The position numbers were made by a program, and so were the translations under genes. The notes under the pieces were generated by a model. That model ran no database searches. It saw only the letters and a list, made by a program, of their open reading frames with translations, and was not told the DNA's origin. From Breznakia blatticola (GTDB lineage Bacteria > Bacillota_I > Bacilli_A > Erysipelotrichales > Erysipelotrichaceae), in NCBI RefSeq assembly GCF_004365815.1, contig NZ_SODD01000005.1, forward strand, positions 45,930 through 77,929: a stretch of 32,000 nt of DNA. The letters are read 5' to 3'. This document shows, in pieces, positions 22,892 through 31,905 of the stretch (positions within the stretch are counted from its first letter, which is position 1; each line of letters starts with the position of its first letter).

Positions 22892-25246
22892 TTAATCTAC
22901 TAACTTTTCCAATTTCCAAATATCATTTACATAATCTTCAATTGTGCGGTCGCTTGAGAAATATCCAGATCGTGCAATATTGATTAGTGCTTTTTTTGTC
23001 CAAGCTTGTTGATCTTTGTAAAGTGCATTTAGATGTTCTTGCGCTTTAACATATGCCTTGAAATCTTTAACAACCAAATAGTAGTCATTTTCTTTTTCAA
23101 AGTAGTCTAAAATTGGTTGGAAATCTTTTAATTCTTTAATGTAATCCAAGATGAACGTAATCGTTTCATCATCTTTGATATCATCTTTCACCTTGTAATC
23201 TGATGCATGGATTGCAAACACATCATCTTTTAATAGACCAAATATTTCGATGTTATCATCACCAACAAGTTCATGGATTTCAACATTTGCTCCATCCATA
23301 GTACCTAAAGTAAGTGCTCCATTCATCATGAACTTCATGTTTCCTGTTCCACTCGCTTCAAATCCTGCAGTAGAAATCTGCTCAGAAATATCTGCAGCTG
23401 GAATCAGTTTTTCTGCATAACTTACGTTGTAGTTTGTAACCATAATTACTTGTAGCTTGTCAGCGACACGTTCATCTGCATTGATGATATCTGCCATCGT
23501 ACGAATCAGTTGAATTGTGTTTTTTGCTAATACATAGCTTGGAGCTGCTTTTGCACCAAAGATAAATGTCTGTGGATGGAAGTTTTCTTTGAAAGTTTCA
23601 TCATTAAGTAAACGTTGGTACAGATAAATGATATGAAAAACATTTAGTAGTTGTCTTTTATATGCGTGAAGACGCTTAATTTGGATATCTAAGATGGCAT
23701 CTTGATTAATAGAAATTCCTTCGTGTTTTTGGATATACGAGCTTAATTTCGTTTTATTTGTTGCCTTAATATCCATCAGTTGTTGGAGGACTTTTTCGTT
23801 ATCTAGTTGTTGTTCAAATGCTTTAAACCACTCGATTGGCTTTTCCATTAAACGATCATCAGAGTGACTTTTTACAAGTGATGATAAGTCTGGGTTTGCA
23901 TAGTGGAACCAACGACGTTGTGTAATACCGTTCGTCTTGTTGTTGAATTTTGTTGGATAGTGATCTGCCCAAATTTTCATTTCTTTTTCAACAAGGATTT
24001 TTGTATGTAGAGCTGCAACTCCATTCACGCTAAAGCTACCTACGATAGCTAAGTTTGCCATGTGAACTTTCTTTTTTGCAATAATTGCCATTTTTTCTAC
24101 TTGTTCCTTTGTGTAGTTGTATGGCTTTAATGACTCTAAGAACATATTATTGATATCTTCAATCATTTGATAAACTCTTGGTAATAGATTCTGAAGCATT
24201 TTTGCATCCCATGTTTCGAGAGCTTCCGCCAAGATGGTGTGGTTTGTATATGCAATACACTTGGAAGTAAGCGCAAATGCATCTTTAAAATTGTATCCAT
24301 GTTGATCTATAAGCACACACATCAATTCAGGAATTAACAAAGTTGGATGTGTATCATTGATTTGCATCACTACATGATCAGCTAGATTATCTAACGTTTG
24401 GTGTGTTGCTAAGTGCTCTTTTAGAATGTTTTGTAGTCCAGCACTTACAAACAAGTACTGTTGTTTCAAACGTAATTCTTTTCCTTTAGTTGTTGAATCA
24501 TCAGGATATAAACAGCTAACAATATCCATAATGTCTTTCTCATATGTATCGAAGTTTTTTTGGTTCTCAAGAGGTAGTACGTCATACATACGCAAACGAT
24601 TTGCTGTATGTGAAGCACCTACAATTGGCATATCATAAGGCATTGCCAATACATCAACTGTATCAGTTAGTGAATATGAACCATCTTCTGCTTTATGTAG
24701 GTTTCCGTAAAATGACACGGTTGTTGCATCATCACTGATTTTGTTTTCCCAAACGTTACGGTTGTTTAACCATAAATCTGGTAACTCTACTTGTTTATTG
24801 TCAACAAATGTTTGTTTGAAAAAACCATGACGATAACGTAGGGTAATTCCGTGTCCTGGATAATTCAAAGAAGCGATCGAATCCATAAAGCATGCAGCAA
24901 GTCTCCCCAGACCTCCGTTACCTAAACCAGCATCTCCTTCTTCGAACTCAATATCTTTAATTGAAACACCGTATGGTTCCAGTACTTCATCAATTTCATC
25001 GAAGATATTCATGTTTTGTAAGTTGTTAATGAGCAAACGTCCCATAAGAAATTCCATTGAGAAGTAATACAGTTGTTTAGCATCTTGTTTCTTCGTTAAA
25101 ACTGATGTGTTTTCGATTTCTTTTGCAGCTAAGTTTTGTGTAAGTGTTGCAACTGTAATGTACATTTCATTTTTACTTAGTTGTCCAAATTCCTTCGAAA
25201 AAAGTTGTGTGGCAGTTTCCTGCAGTTGATCTTGAATAGTTAGCAT
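22892..25246 (-). CDS. glgP: Glycogen/maltodextrin phosphorylase
   Basis: 784 aa. GNGGLGRLAACF, the PLP-site context EASGTGNMKFMMNGALTLGTMDGANVEI, and RTIEDY at the C-terminus. Confidence 0.95.
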   Translation of the reverse strand: MLTIQDQLQETATQLFSKEFGQLSKNEMYITVATLTQNLAAKEIENTSVLTKKQDAKQLYYFSMEFLMGRLLINNLQNMNIFDEIDEVLEPYGVSIKDIEFEEGDAGLGNGGLGRLAACFMDSIASLNYPGHGITLRYRHGFFKQTFVDNKQVELPDLWLNNRNVWENKISDDATTVSFYGNLHKAEDGSYSLTDTVDVLAMPYDMPIVGASHTANRLRMYDVLPLENQKNFDTYEKDIMDIVSCLYPDDSTTKGKELRLKQQYLFVSAGLQNILKEHLATHQTLDNLADHVVMQINDTHPTLLIPELMCVLIDQHGYNFKDAFALTSKCIAYTNHTILAEALETWDAKMLQNLLPRVYQMIEDINNMFLESLKPYNYTKEQVEKMAIIAKKKVHMANLAIVGSFSVNGVAALHTKILVEKEMKIWADHYPTKFNNKTNGITQRRWFHYANPDLSSLVKSHSDDRLMEKPIEWFKAFEQQLDNEKVLQQLMDIKATNKTKLSSYIQKHEGISINQDAILDIQIKRLHAYKRQLLNVFHIIYLYQRLLNDETFKENFHPQTFIFGAKAAPSYVLAKNTIQLIRTMADIINADERVADKLQVIMVTNYNVSYAEKLIPAADISEQISTAGFEASGTGNMKFMMNGALTLGTMDGANVEIHELVGDDNIEIFGLLKDDVFAIHASDYKVKDDIKDDETITFILDYIKELKDFQPILDYFEKENDYYLVVKDFKAYVKAQEHLNALYKDQQAWTKKALINIARSGYFSSDRTIEDYVNDIWKLEKLVD

Positions 25247-27184
25247 TTAATTTTCCTCCCATATAATTCGTAACGCTAAAGGTTCTAGTGTTAATGAAGT
25301 TGATGTCGTTGTTGAGTATAAAACTTCATATTCTTGTATTTGCAAATCAAATGTTTTTGATTCATGCAAGTTTGCATTTGCTAGTATATATAAATGTTGA
25401 TTTGCATCTTGGTAATGAAAGATAACTTGATCTTTGTCTGGCGTTGCAATGTATGCTACGTTTTCTTTTTTGCGTAAAAGATTTTTATATTTTGTTTTGA
25501 TCTTAGCAATTTGAAATAAAGTTTCCATGAATGATTCATAAGCACTGTCATAGTGAAATTCGTATTTATCAAACAATGCAAGTTTCATATAATACGCATC
25601 ATTTTCATCAAGTGCATACAGTGTATTTTCATCGACATCGACTCCTGTATTCATGGCTTGTTTTTCAAGCAGTTCTTGACCCGAGTTCATAAATGGGGCA
25701 AAGTTGTATGCAAATTGATTTAGTATCGTTATCAATAACGTTGTTTGATATCCACCTTTACGAGAAATGAGCCTTGGTGTATCGTGGGTTTCACCCGCAG
25801 CAAATACCATTGTCGGAAGACACATACCGTTGTAATAGAAATCACGTGTTAGTTGTTCATGAAAGCGATGTGTATGATAAAATCCATCACCGATAATTAA
25901 ATCATAGCCTAGTGCTTTTGCTTGCTCGGTACTTTTTTTAGTAGCGGTTAGTTCTTCTGCAATAAAATAAAAATCTGATTTACATGCTTTTGCCTTCGTG
26001 ATAATTTTTCTTGTTAGTGGTTCTGGTAAGGCATGTCCCATATCCGTTCTTGCACCATCTAAGTCAAACTTCTCAATGTAATACGGTAAGATATTACTTA
26101 AGGTATCCCATAAAGATTCGTTTGGTATCTCTCCAGGAAATAAGTTTGCTTTGATTGTATCAAACAAGATATATGGAACCTTTGTGTCCGTAAGTTGCTT
26201 TTCTGTAACGATTTTTGGCTGGTCCATATAAAGACGGAAAAATGTAACATCACTCCAAGCAGGTTGTACATCATTAATTTGATCGCTGAATGCCGGAGCA
26301 ACTGTCATATTGAATGTTTCGCGAATTAACTCCAATGGATTCAATGACGAATCTGCTTGATAGCGTGCAACAAGTGCATCCCATTTTTTTGGATCACGAA
26401 TATTAGGAGCTTCCTGAAATTTTGCAAGATGTTCTTTTGTCTCCTTTGCAGCATACAGTTGTTGTAGATATTTTTCTTCTGTTGCAGTTGTCGGTGGAAT
26501 TCCATTAACTTTTGGTGGTTTATATCCTTGCAAATCATCAAGTCCAATCCAGTAAAACCAATCTGGATGAGACATAAGAAGAGTCGTATTTACAGAGTTT
26601 GTTCTTGGAATGATATCAAGAACAACACGCATTCCTAAAACATGACATGCTTCAACGAAGGCAGCAAATTGCTCGTCTAGACTTAATTCATCCTTTGTAA
26701 TAGGATCAAATAATTCTTCATCAATAGCGAAAAAGTTACTGACTCCATAAACGGATCCTAATTCACCTTTTTTGTCCATCCGTGAATATTGCATGATGGG
26801 TAATAAATAAATGACGTTGATACCCATCGCCTTTAATGTTGGTAAGTATGCAATCATTTTCACAAAGGTACCAGTTTCCTTAAACCCATCTGTATTTATT
26901 AGCTCAACTTGTTGATCTTGATTATGATCAAAGGTCGTTGAAGTCCGGATCATCGTGGAATAATAATATGCATCGCGATAATCTCTAAGTAGTGGTTCAG
27001 GATGATCTAAGATATAGTCGATTTGCTCCTTGTAGTATTGATAAGGGTTTACTTTGATAATCTTTTCATCAGTTTTTTTGTGGGCAATATACGTCCAAGC
27101 TTTTGGTACATAATAGGTTTGACAATCGTCTTTTTCGTACATTTCTAAGACATTTCTTAGCTTTCTTAATGTGGTTTGTTTCAT
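25247..27184 (-). CDS. Atypical GH13 alpha-amylase-family enzyme (possible glucanotransferase; GlgE-like signature)
   Basis: GH13 conserved regions recognisable as VVLDIIPRT (I), DGARTDMGHAL (II), FYFIAEEL (III) and GETHDTPRL (IV). Its stop (25247..25249) directly abuts the glgP start codon (25246..25244), so the two are probably co-transcribed. Confidence 0.8.
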   Translation of the reverse strand: MKQTTLRKLRNVLEMYEKDDCQTYYVPKAWTYIAHKKTDEKIIKVNPYQYYKEQIDYILDHPEPLLRDYRDAYYYSTMIRTSTTFDHNQDQQVELINTDGFKETGTFVKMIAYLPTLKAMGINVIYLLPIMQYSRMDKKGELGSVYGVSNFFAIDEELFDPITKDELSLDEQFAAFVEACHVLGMRVVLDIIPRTNSVNTTLLMSHPDWFYWIGLDDLQGYKPPKVNGIPPTTATEEKYLQQLYAAKETKEHLAKFQEAPNIRDPKKWDALVARYQADSSLNPLELIRETFNMTVAPAFSDQINDVQPAWSDVTFFRLYMDQPKIVTEKQLTDTKVPYILFDTIKANLFPGEIPNESLWDTLSNILPYYIEKFDLDGARTDMGHALPEPLTRKIITKAKACKSDFYFIAEELTATKKSTEQAKALGYDLIIGDGFYHTHRFHEQLTRDFYYNGMCLPTMVFAAGETHDTPRLISRKGGYQTTLLITILNQFAYNFAPFMNSGQELLEKQAMNTGVDVDENTLYALDENDAYYMKLALFDKYEFHYDSAYESFMETLFQIAKIKTKYKNLLRKKENVAYIATPDKDQVIFHYQDANQHLYILANANLHESKTFDLQIQEYEVLYSTTTSTSLTLEPLALRIIWEEN

Positions 27185-27209
27185 TGTTTTTCCTCACTAA
27201 TTCAAGTTC

Positions 27210-27236
27210 ATTATACAAAAATGGTAGGGTTTTCAT
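27210..27236 (-). promoter_or_regulatory. Candidate promoter of the GH13-glgP operon with degenerate LacI-type half-operator in the spacer
   Basis: Minus strand TATAAT (27215..27210) with a poor -35. The spacer contains ATGAAAACCCTACCAT, which shares TG...CTACCA with the operator at 28424..28437. Confidence 0.4.
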
Positions 27237-27248
27237 AGGATAAATACG

Positions 27249-27264
27249 TTGGAAACAATTCCAA
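27249..27264. promoter_or_regulatory. 16-bp palindrome TTGGAAACAATTCCAA (copy 1)
   Basis: Perfect 6-4-6 inverted repeat, centred about 54 bp upstream of the predicted start of the GH13-glgP transcript. A twin lies at 28392..28407. Confidence 0.55.
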
Positions 27265-27317
27265 GTTTTTGTTTTGCATGAAACTTGTAGAAATGAAGTC
27301 ATTTTAGAAATAATTGA

Positions 27318-27326
27318 TGCTATACT
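27318..27326 (+). promoter_or_regulatory. Candidate extended -10 (TGcTATACT) for the LacI-family gene
   Basis: TGNTATAAT-like element 20 nt upstream of the ATG. No good -35. Confidence 0.35.
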
Positions 27327-27345
27327 ATAACTATAGGAGGTGTTT

Positions 27346-28317
27346 ATGGCTAGTATAAAAGATGTTGCAAAGCATGCAAATGTAGGAATTGCAACGGTTA
27401 GTCGTGTGCTAAATGAATCGGGATCCGTCTCAAAAGAAACACGTGAACTTGTCTTGCAGTCCATTAAGGCACTTGGTTATGTACCAAACGAACTTGCTCG
27501 TAACTTTCAAAAAAGACAGACAAACTTTATTGGTGTAATTGCACCAAGTTTAACACACCGATTTACTTCGGAATTGCTGTCTCAATTGGAACGTGATCTA
27601 AGCGACCTTGGCTATTTTCTTTTGTTATTTGTGTCAAATCGTGATGTGAATAAAGAAATTGACTATCTTGAACGTCTTAAGTCGCAACAGGTTGCTGGGA
27701 CAATTATCGTTGCTCCATTCATTAGCGTGGAACGTTCGTATCAGTTCGCCGATTTACCACTAGTTGCTTTTGATCGAATCATCAACCCCAAGATTCCTTG
27801 TGTCCATGTAGATAACTACAAAGCAGCAAATGATCTAAGTGTACGCTTACTATCCAAAACAAAAAAGAAAGTGTGTTTTGTAGGGTTTGCCGCTGATCCA
27901 AAAAGTGATGCGCAAAAACGTTTGCTTGCATTTAAGGATGTTTGTAAAAAAGCAAATCGTGAATTTACCGTATTTGACATGATTGGTTATGCAAGTGACT
28001 TTGAATTTCTAAGTGAGGTCTTTCAACAAACAAAAGACTGTGATGGATATTTTTTCGCATGTGACTATCATGCACAGTTATTTTTAAACATTGCACTAAA
28101 TCACGATATAAAAATCGGTAAGGATATTTTTGTGGTTTCATTTGATGGTTTAAAAGGAACGAAAAACATTCGCCCATTGCTGACAACAGCAGTACAAGAT
28201 ATGCCTGCTATTTCACAGGCATTAATCAGTGCTTTGATGCGTCGTATCAATAATGATCAAGATGTTCCTGAAGAAATCGAAGTACCATATTACATTCAAA
28301 ACGGAGAGACTTGTTAA
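27346..28317 (+). CDS. LacI-family transcriptional regulator (MalR-like by context)
   Basis: MASIKDVAKHANVGIATVSRVLN HTH plus a periplasmic-binding-protein-like sugar domain. The ATG at 27346 follows AGGAGG. Confidence 0.9.
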   Translation: MASIKDVAKHANVGIATVSRVLNESGSVSKETRELVLQSIKALGYVPNELARNFQKRQTNFIGVIAPSLTHRFTSELLSQLERDLSDLGYFLLLFVSNRDVNKEIDYLERLKSQQVAGTIIVAPFISVERSYQFADLPLVAFDRIINPKIPCVHVDNYKAANDLSVRLLSKTKKKVCFVGFAADPKSDAQKRLLAFKDVCKKANREFTVFDMIGYASDFEFLSEVFQQTKDCDGYFFACDYHAQLFLNIALNHDIKIGKDIFVVSFDGLKGTKNIRPLLTTAVQDMPAISQALISALMRRINNDQDVPEEIEVPYYIQNGETC

Positions 28318-28340
28318 CGTAAAACAAGCTCTTTTTTTTG
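28305..28340 (+). terminator. Rho-independent terminator of the LacI-family gene
   Basis: AGAG(A)CTTGTT / AACAAGCTCT stem spanning the stop codon, followed by a T8 run. Confidence 0.65.
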
Positions 28341-28391
28341 CTATATAGATAATAAGGGGTCATTTTTTACAAGATTTTAACACAGTATAAG

Positions 28392-28407
28392 TTGGAAACT
28401 TTTCCAA
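28392..28407. promoter_or_regulatory. 16-bp palindrome TTGGAAACTTTTCCAA (copy 2)
   Basis: Same 6-4-6 repeat as at 27249..27264, centred about 54 bp upstream of the predicted malE-like transcription start. Confidence 0.55.
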
Positions 28408-28418
28408 GAGTTTTCGCG

Positions 28419-28447
28419 TTGACTGGTAGCGCTACCAATGCTATATT
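28419..28447 (+). promoter_or_regulatory. Promoter of the malEFG-like operon with a CG-centred LacI-type operator in the spacer
   Basis: TTGACT (28419..28424), 17-nt spacer, TATATT (28442..28447). The perfect 14-bp palindrome TGGTAGCGCTACCA (28424..28437) fills the spacer. Confidence 0.6.
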
Positions 28448-28497
28448 GTGGATGAAAGCAATTTCAAAATATTCTAAATCTAGGAGGAGAGAATGAA

Positions 28498-29754
28498 ATG
28501 AAGATCAAAAAACTTATTAAAACTTCAATGGCTGCACTGATGACATTGTCACTAGTAGCTTGTGGAGGGGGATCAGATGATGGTGGTAGTGATAAGACAA
28601 CAATTAAAGTCTTAAACTTAAAACCAGAAATTGATGAAGCTTTAAAAGATTATGCAAAATTGTATAGCGAAAAGAATGATGTAAAAGTTGAAATCGAAAC
28701 ATGTGGTGGTTCTAACTGTGATTATGCAGGAAAACTAGACCAATATATTTCAGCTGATAAAATTCCTGACATCTTTGTCCTAGAAGGACGTGCAGGATTT
28801 GAAGACAATAAAGAAATTCTTGCTGACATGGAAGGTGAAGAATGGGTAGCTGATACTGACTACGCTTACGAAATGGACGGTAAGGCTTACGGATTCCCAT
28901 TAGGTGTTGAAGGATTTGGATTAACGTACAATAAAGACATTCTTGATAAAGCAGGAATTGATCCAGCAACATTAACAAGTTACGATGCTTATGTTGAAGC
29001 ATTCAAAACATTAGATGCGAAAAAAGATGAGTTAGGAATTACAGCTCCAGTTGCAATGGCAACAGGAAGTGGTATGTACTGGGTAACTGGTAACCACAGT
29101 TTTAACTCATATTTAAGTGGAAACTTAGAAATTGGAGATACACATGTTCTTGATGAATTAAATGAAGGAACAGTTGAAGCAGATCGTATGTCAGATTATG
29201 CAGATATGATTGAACTTATCTTCAACAACTCTGACAAAACAGTATTATCTGCTGCTGGTGACCAATACGCAAACCAAGTAAAATTATTTACAGATGGAAA
29301 AACAGCATTTATTCACCAAGGTAACTGGATTGAAGGTGACGTAGCTGATATGGAAAACATTGGAATTTCTCCAGCTCCATACGGAGATGACAACGCGATT
29401 TATATCTCAGCACCAAGCTACTTTGCAGTATCAAACCGTAGCAAAAACGTAGATGCAGCAAAAGCATTCTTAAACAGTATTTATGCAACTGAAGAAGGAC
29501 AAAACTTTATGTATGTGGAAGCAGCTTCTGTTTCACCATTTAAATCAATTGATATTACACCTACAACAAGTCTAGCTAAATCAGTACACGAATCACTAGT
29601 TTCTGGAAAAGGATGTCCATGGAACCAAAATGATATGCCAGCCGATTTTGGTATGCAAAAATTAGGACCTGTTCATGAAGCCTTCGCAAAAGGCGAAATC
29701 ACAAAAGATGGATTTGTGGAACAAATTACGAAGTTAATTGTAGGACTTAAATAA
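28498..29754 (+). CDS. Sugar (maltodextrin-type) ABC transporter substrate-binding lipoprotein
   Basis: Lipobox LSLVAC followed by a GGGSDDGGSD linker. 418 aa CUT1-family SBP; operon context. Confidence 0.9.
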   Translation: MKIKKLIKTSMAALMTLSLVACGGGSDDGGSDKTTIKVLNLKPEIDEALKDYAKLYSEKNDVKVEIETCGGSNCDYAGKLDQYISADKIPDIFVLEGRAGFEDNKEILADMEGEEWVADTDYAYEMDGKAYGFPLGVEGFGLTYNKDILDKAGIDPATLTSYDAYVEAFKTLDAKKDELGITAPVAMATGSGMYWVTGNHSFNSYLSGNLEIGDTHVLDELNEGTVEADRMSDYADMIELIFNNSDKTVLSAAGDQYANQVKLFTDGKTAFIHQGNWIEGDVADMENIGISPAPYGDDNAIYISAPSYFAVSNRSKNVDAAKAFLNSIYATEEGQNFMYVEAASVSPFKSIDITPTTSLAKSVHESLVSGKGCPWNQNDMPADFGMQKLGPVHEAFAKGEITKDGFVEQITKLIVGLK

Positions 29755-29770
29755 TACGTATATGACAATG

Positions 29771-29790
29771 AGATAGGCTATCGCCTATCT
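29771..29790 (+). other. Intercistronic hairpin between the SBP and permease genes
   Basis: AGATAGGC-TATC-GCCTATCT, perfect 8-bp stem followed by TGTTGTTT. This is the usual position for an mRNA-stabilising or attenuating hairpin in SBP-permease operons. Confidence 0.45.
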
Positions 29791-29813
29791 TGTTGTTTAT
29801 AAGGGAGGTACAT

Positions 29814-30734
29814 ATGTTACAAACAGTAAAAAAATTAATGAATAAATCAACCTCGTTTTGGTTTTTATTACCAACAGTGGCCATGTTTATCTTAATCATT
29901 ATTGTTCCATTTTTAAGAGGGATTTACCTGTCATTTACAGATTGGAACAATGCAGTACAATCTACATTTAACTTTGTAGGTTTAGACAATTATCTTGGGG
30001 TCTTAAAAGAACCACAATTCTTATACTCATTACAGTGGACATTTATTTACACAGCAGTAAATGTCATCGTTGTGAATGTGATTGCAATAGGATTGGCAAT
30101 ACTCGTTACTCAAAAATTAAAACTAACCAATTTATATCGTGCAGGATTCTTTATTCCTAACCTCATTGGTGGAATCGTTCTTGGTACGATCTGGATGTTT
30201 ATTTTCAATTCAGCAATCCCGTATATCGGGGAGGCACTTGGCAATAGTTTCCTAGCAGAGTCATTTTTAAATAATGCAGGAACTGCTAAATTTGCTTTAA
30301 TTCTTGTTGGAACTTGGCAATACATTGGATACATTATGATGATTTATATTGCTGCAATTCAAAATATCCCTAAGGATTTAATTGAAGCAAGTAGTATTGA
30401 TGGAGCAAATGCATGGCAACGCTTTCGTAATGTAGTCTTACCAATGATTCGTCAATCCATCACAATTGGGACATTCTTGACATTGGTAAATGCGTTTAAA
30501 CAATATGATTTGAACTTAATGTTAAGTAATGGAGGGCCTGCACAATTTGGAGCAGGTGGAAGTATTCAAGCAACACAATTATTATCATTAGATATTGTAA
30601 AACGTGGGCAATTAGGAACCATTGAAAACATGCGTGCATCAGCACAATCAGAAGCAATTATTTTCTTCTTGATTCTATTCGTGATTTCGATGCTTCAAAT
30701 GCACTTTACAAAAAGCAAGGAGGTAGAAATGTAA
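29814..30734 (+). CDS. Sugar ABC transporter permease (MalF/CUT1 type)
   Basis: Six hydrophobic segments and the EAA loop EASSIDGANAWQRFRNVVLP. The ATG at 29814 follows GGGAGG. Confidence 0.9.
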   Translation: MLQTVKKLMNKSTSFWFLLPTVAMFILIIIVPFLRGIYLSFTDWNNAVQSTFNFVGLDNYLGVLKEPQFLYSLQWTFIYTAVNVIVVNVIAIGLAILVTQKLKLTNLYRAGFFIPNLIGGIVLGTIWMFIFNSAIPYIGEALGNSFLAESFLNNAGTAKFALILVGTWQYIGYIMMIYIAAIQNIPKDLIEASSIDGANAWQRFRNVVLPMIRQSITIGTFLTLVNAFKQYDLNLMLSNGGPAQFGAGGSIQATQLLSLDIVKRGQLGTIENMRASAQSEAIIFFLILFVISMLQMHFTKSKEVEM

Positions 30735-31588
30735 TGTCAAAAAAGATGAGACGAACGTTCCTTGAAGGAACTGCAATGATACTATTCTTTATTTTTATCA
30801 TTCCATTTATTCTACTTGTGATTAACTCATTTAAAAGTAAAGATGCAATCCTGGACAATCCCTTTTCGTTGAGTGGAATTTTGGAAACTGGATTTGATAA
30901 CTACATCAATCTATTCTCTGATAGTACCATCAATATTGGAAGTGCATTTCTTACAAGTGTATTTGTGACAATTGTTGGTCTAGTACTTGTTGTCTTGTTT
31001 TCTTCGATGGCAGCTTGGGTGCTTGTGCGATCAAAGAAATGGTGGAGTAAGATCATCTTCTTGATGTTTGTTGGGTCGATGGTTATTCCATTTCAAGTAA
31101 TTATGTTTCCTTTGATTTCAACGCTTTCTTCATTTTCGAAAGCAACAGGAATCGAAACATTGGGGAATGTGTTCTTCCTTCCAATCGCTTATTTGGCATT
31201 TCAATCGTCATTATCAATTTTCATGTACCATGGATTCATCAAAGGAATTCCAAAGGAATTAGAAGAAGCAGCAATGATTGATGGGTGTAGTCGTTTTCAA
31301 ACATTCCGTTTGATTATTCTACCCATCTTAAAACCAATTACTGTAACCGTAGTTTTATTGAATGGAATATGGTTGTGGAATGATTACCTTTTACCACAAA
31401 TGTTGTTATTAGGTAGTGACACCATTACTTTACCGATTGCAATTAACCGTTTGGCTTCACAATCATACGGAACAAATTACGCAGTTTTATTACCTGCAGC
31501 AGTATTAACGATCTTACCAATTATTTTACTGTTCATTAAAGCTCAAAAACATATCATCAAAGGGATGGTAGAGGGAGCAGTAAAATAA
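30734..31588 (+). CDS. Sugar ABC transporter permease (MalG/CUT1 type)
   Basis: EAA loop EAAMIDGCSRFQTFRLIILP. The start overlaps the upstream stop. Confidence 0.9.
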   Translation: MSKKMRRTFLEGTAMILFFIFIIPFILLVINSFKSKDAILDNPFSLSGILETGFDNYINLFSDSTINIGSAFLTSVFVTIVGLVLVVLFSSMAAWVLVRSKKWWSKIIFLMFVGSMVIPFQVIMFPLISTLSSFSKATGIETLGNVFFLPIAYLAFQSSLSIFMYHGFIKGIPKELEEAAMIDGCSRFQTFRLIILPILKPITVTVVLLNGIWLWNDYLLPQMLLLGSDTITLPIAINRLASQSYGTNYAVLLPAAVLTILPIILLFIKAQKHIIKGMVEGAVK

Positions 31589-31610
31589 AAAAATAATAGG
31601 AGATGGACTT

Positions 31611-31905
31611 ATGGGTGAACATAACACATATAAATGGTGGAAAGAAGCTGTTGGATATCAAATTTATCCAAAAACATTCTTTGATGCAAATAACGATGGA
31701 TATGGGGATATCCGTGGTATCATTGATAAACTTCCATATCTCCGCGAATTAGGCATCGACTTTATCTGGATTTGTCCATTCTTTGATTCACCTTTGGATG
31801 ATAATGGCTATGATATTCGCAATTACTACAAAGTACATGAAAACTTTGGGAATATGCAGGATATCAAAACATTGATTGCAAAGGCCAAAGAAATGGATAT
31901 TCGAA
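31611..31905 (+). pseudogene. GH13 oligo-1,6-glucosidase/alpha-glucosidase, 5' part only, interrupted by an IS
   Basis: WWKEAVGYQIYPKTFFDANNDGYGDIRGIIDKLPYLRELGIDFIWICPFFDSPLDDNGYDIRNYYKV is the canonical GH13_31 N-terminus. The reading frame enters the IS inverted repeat at 31906 and stops at 31920..31922, before conserved region I. Confidence 0.85.
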
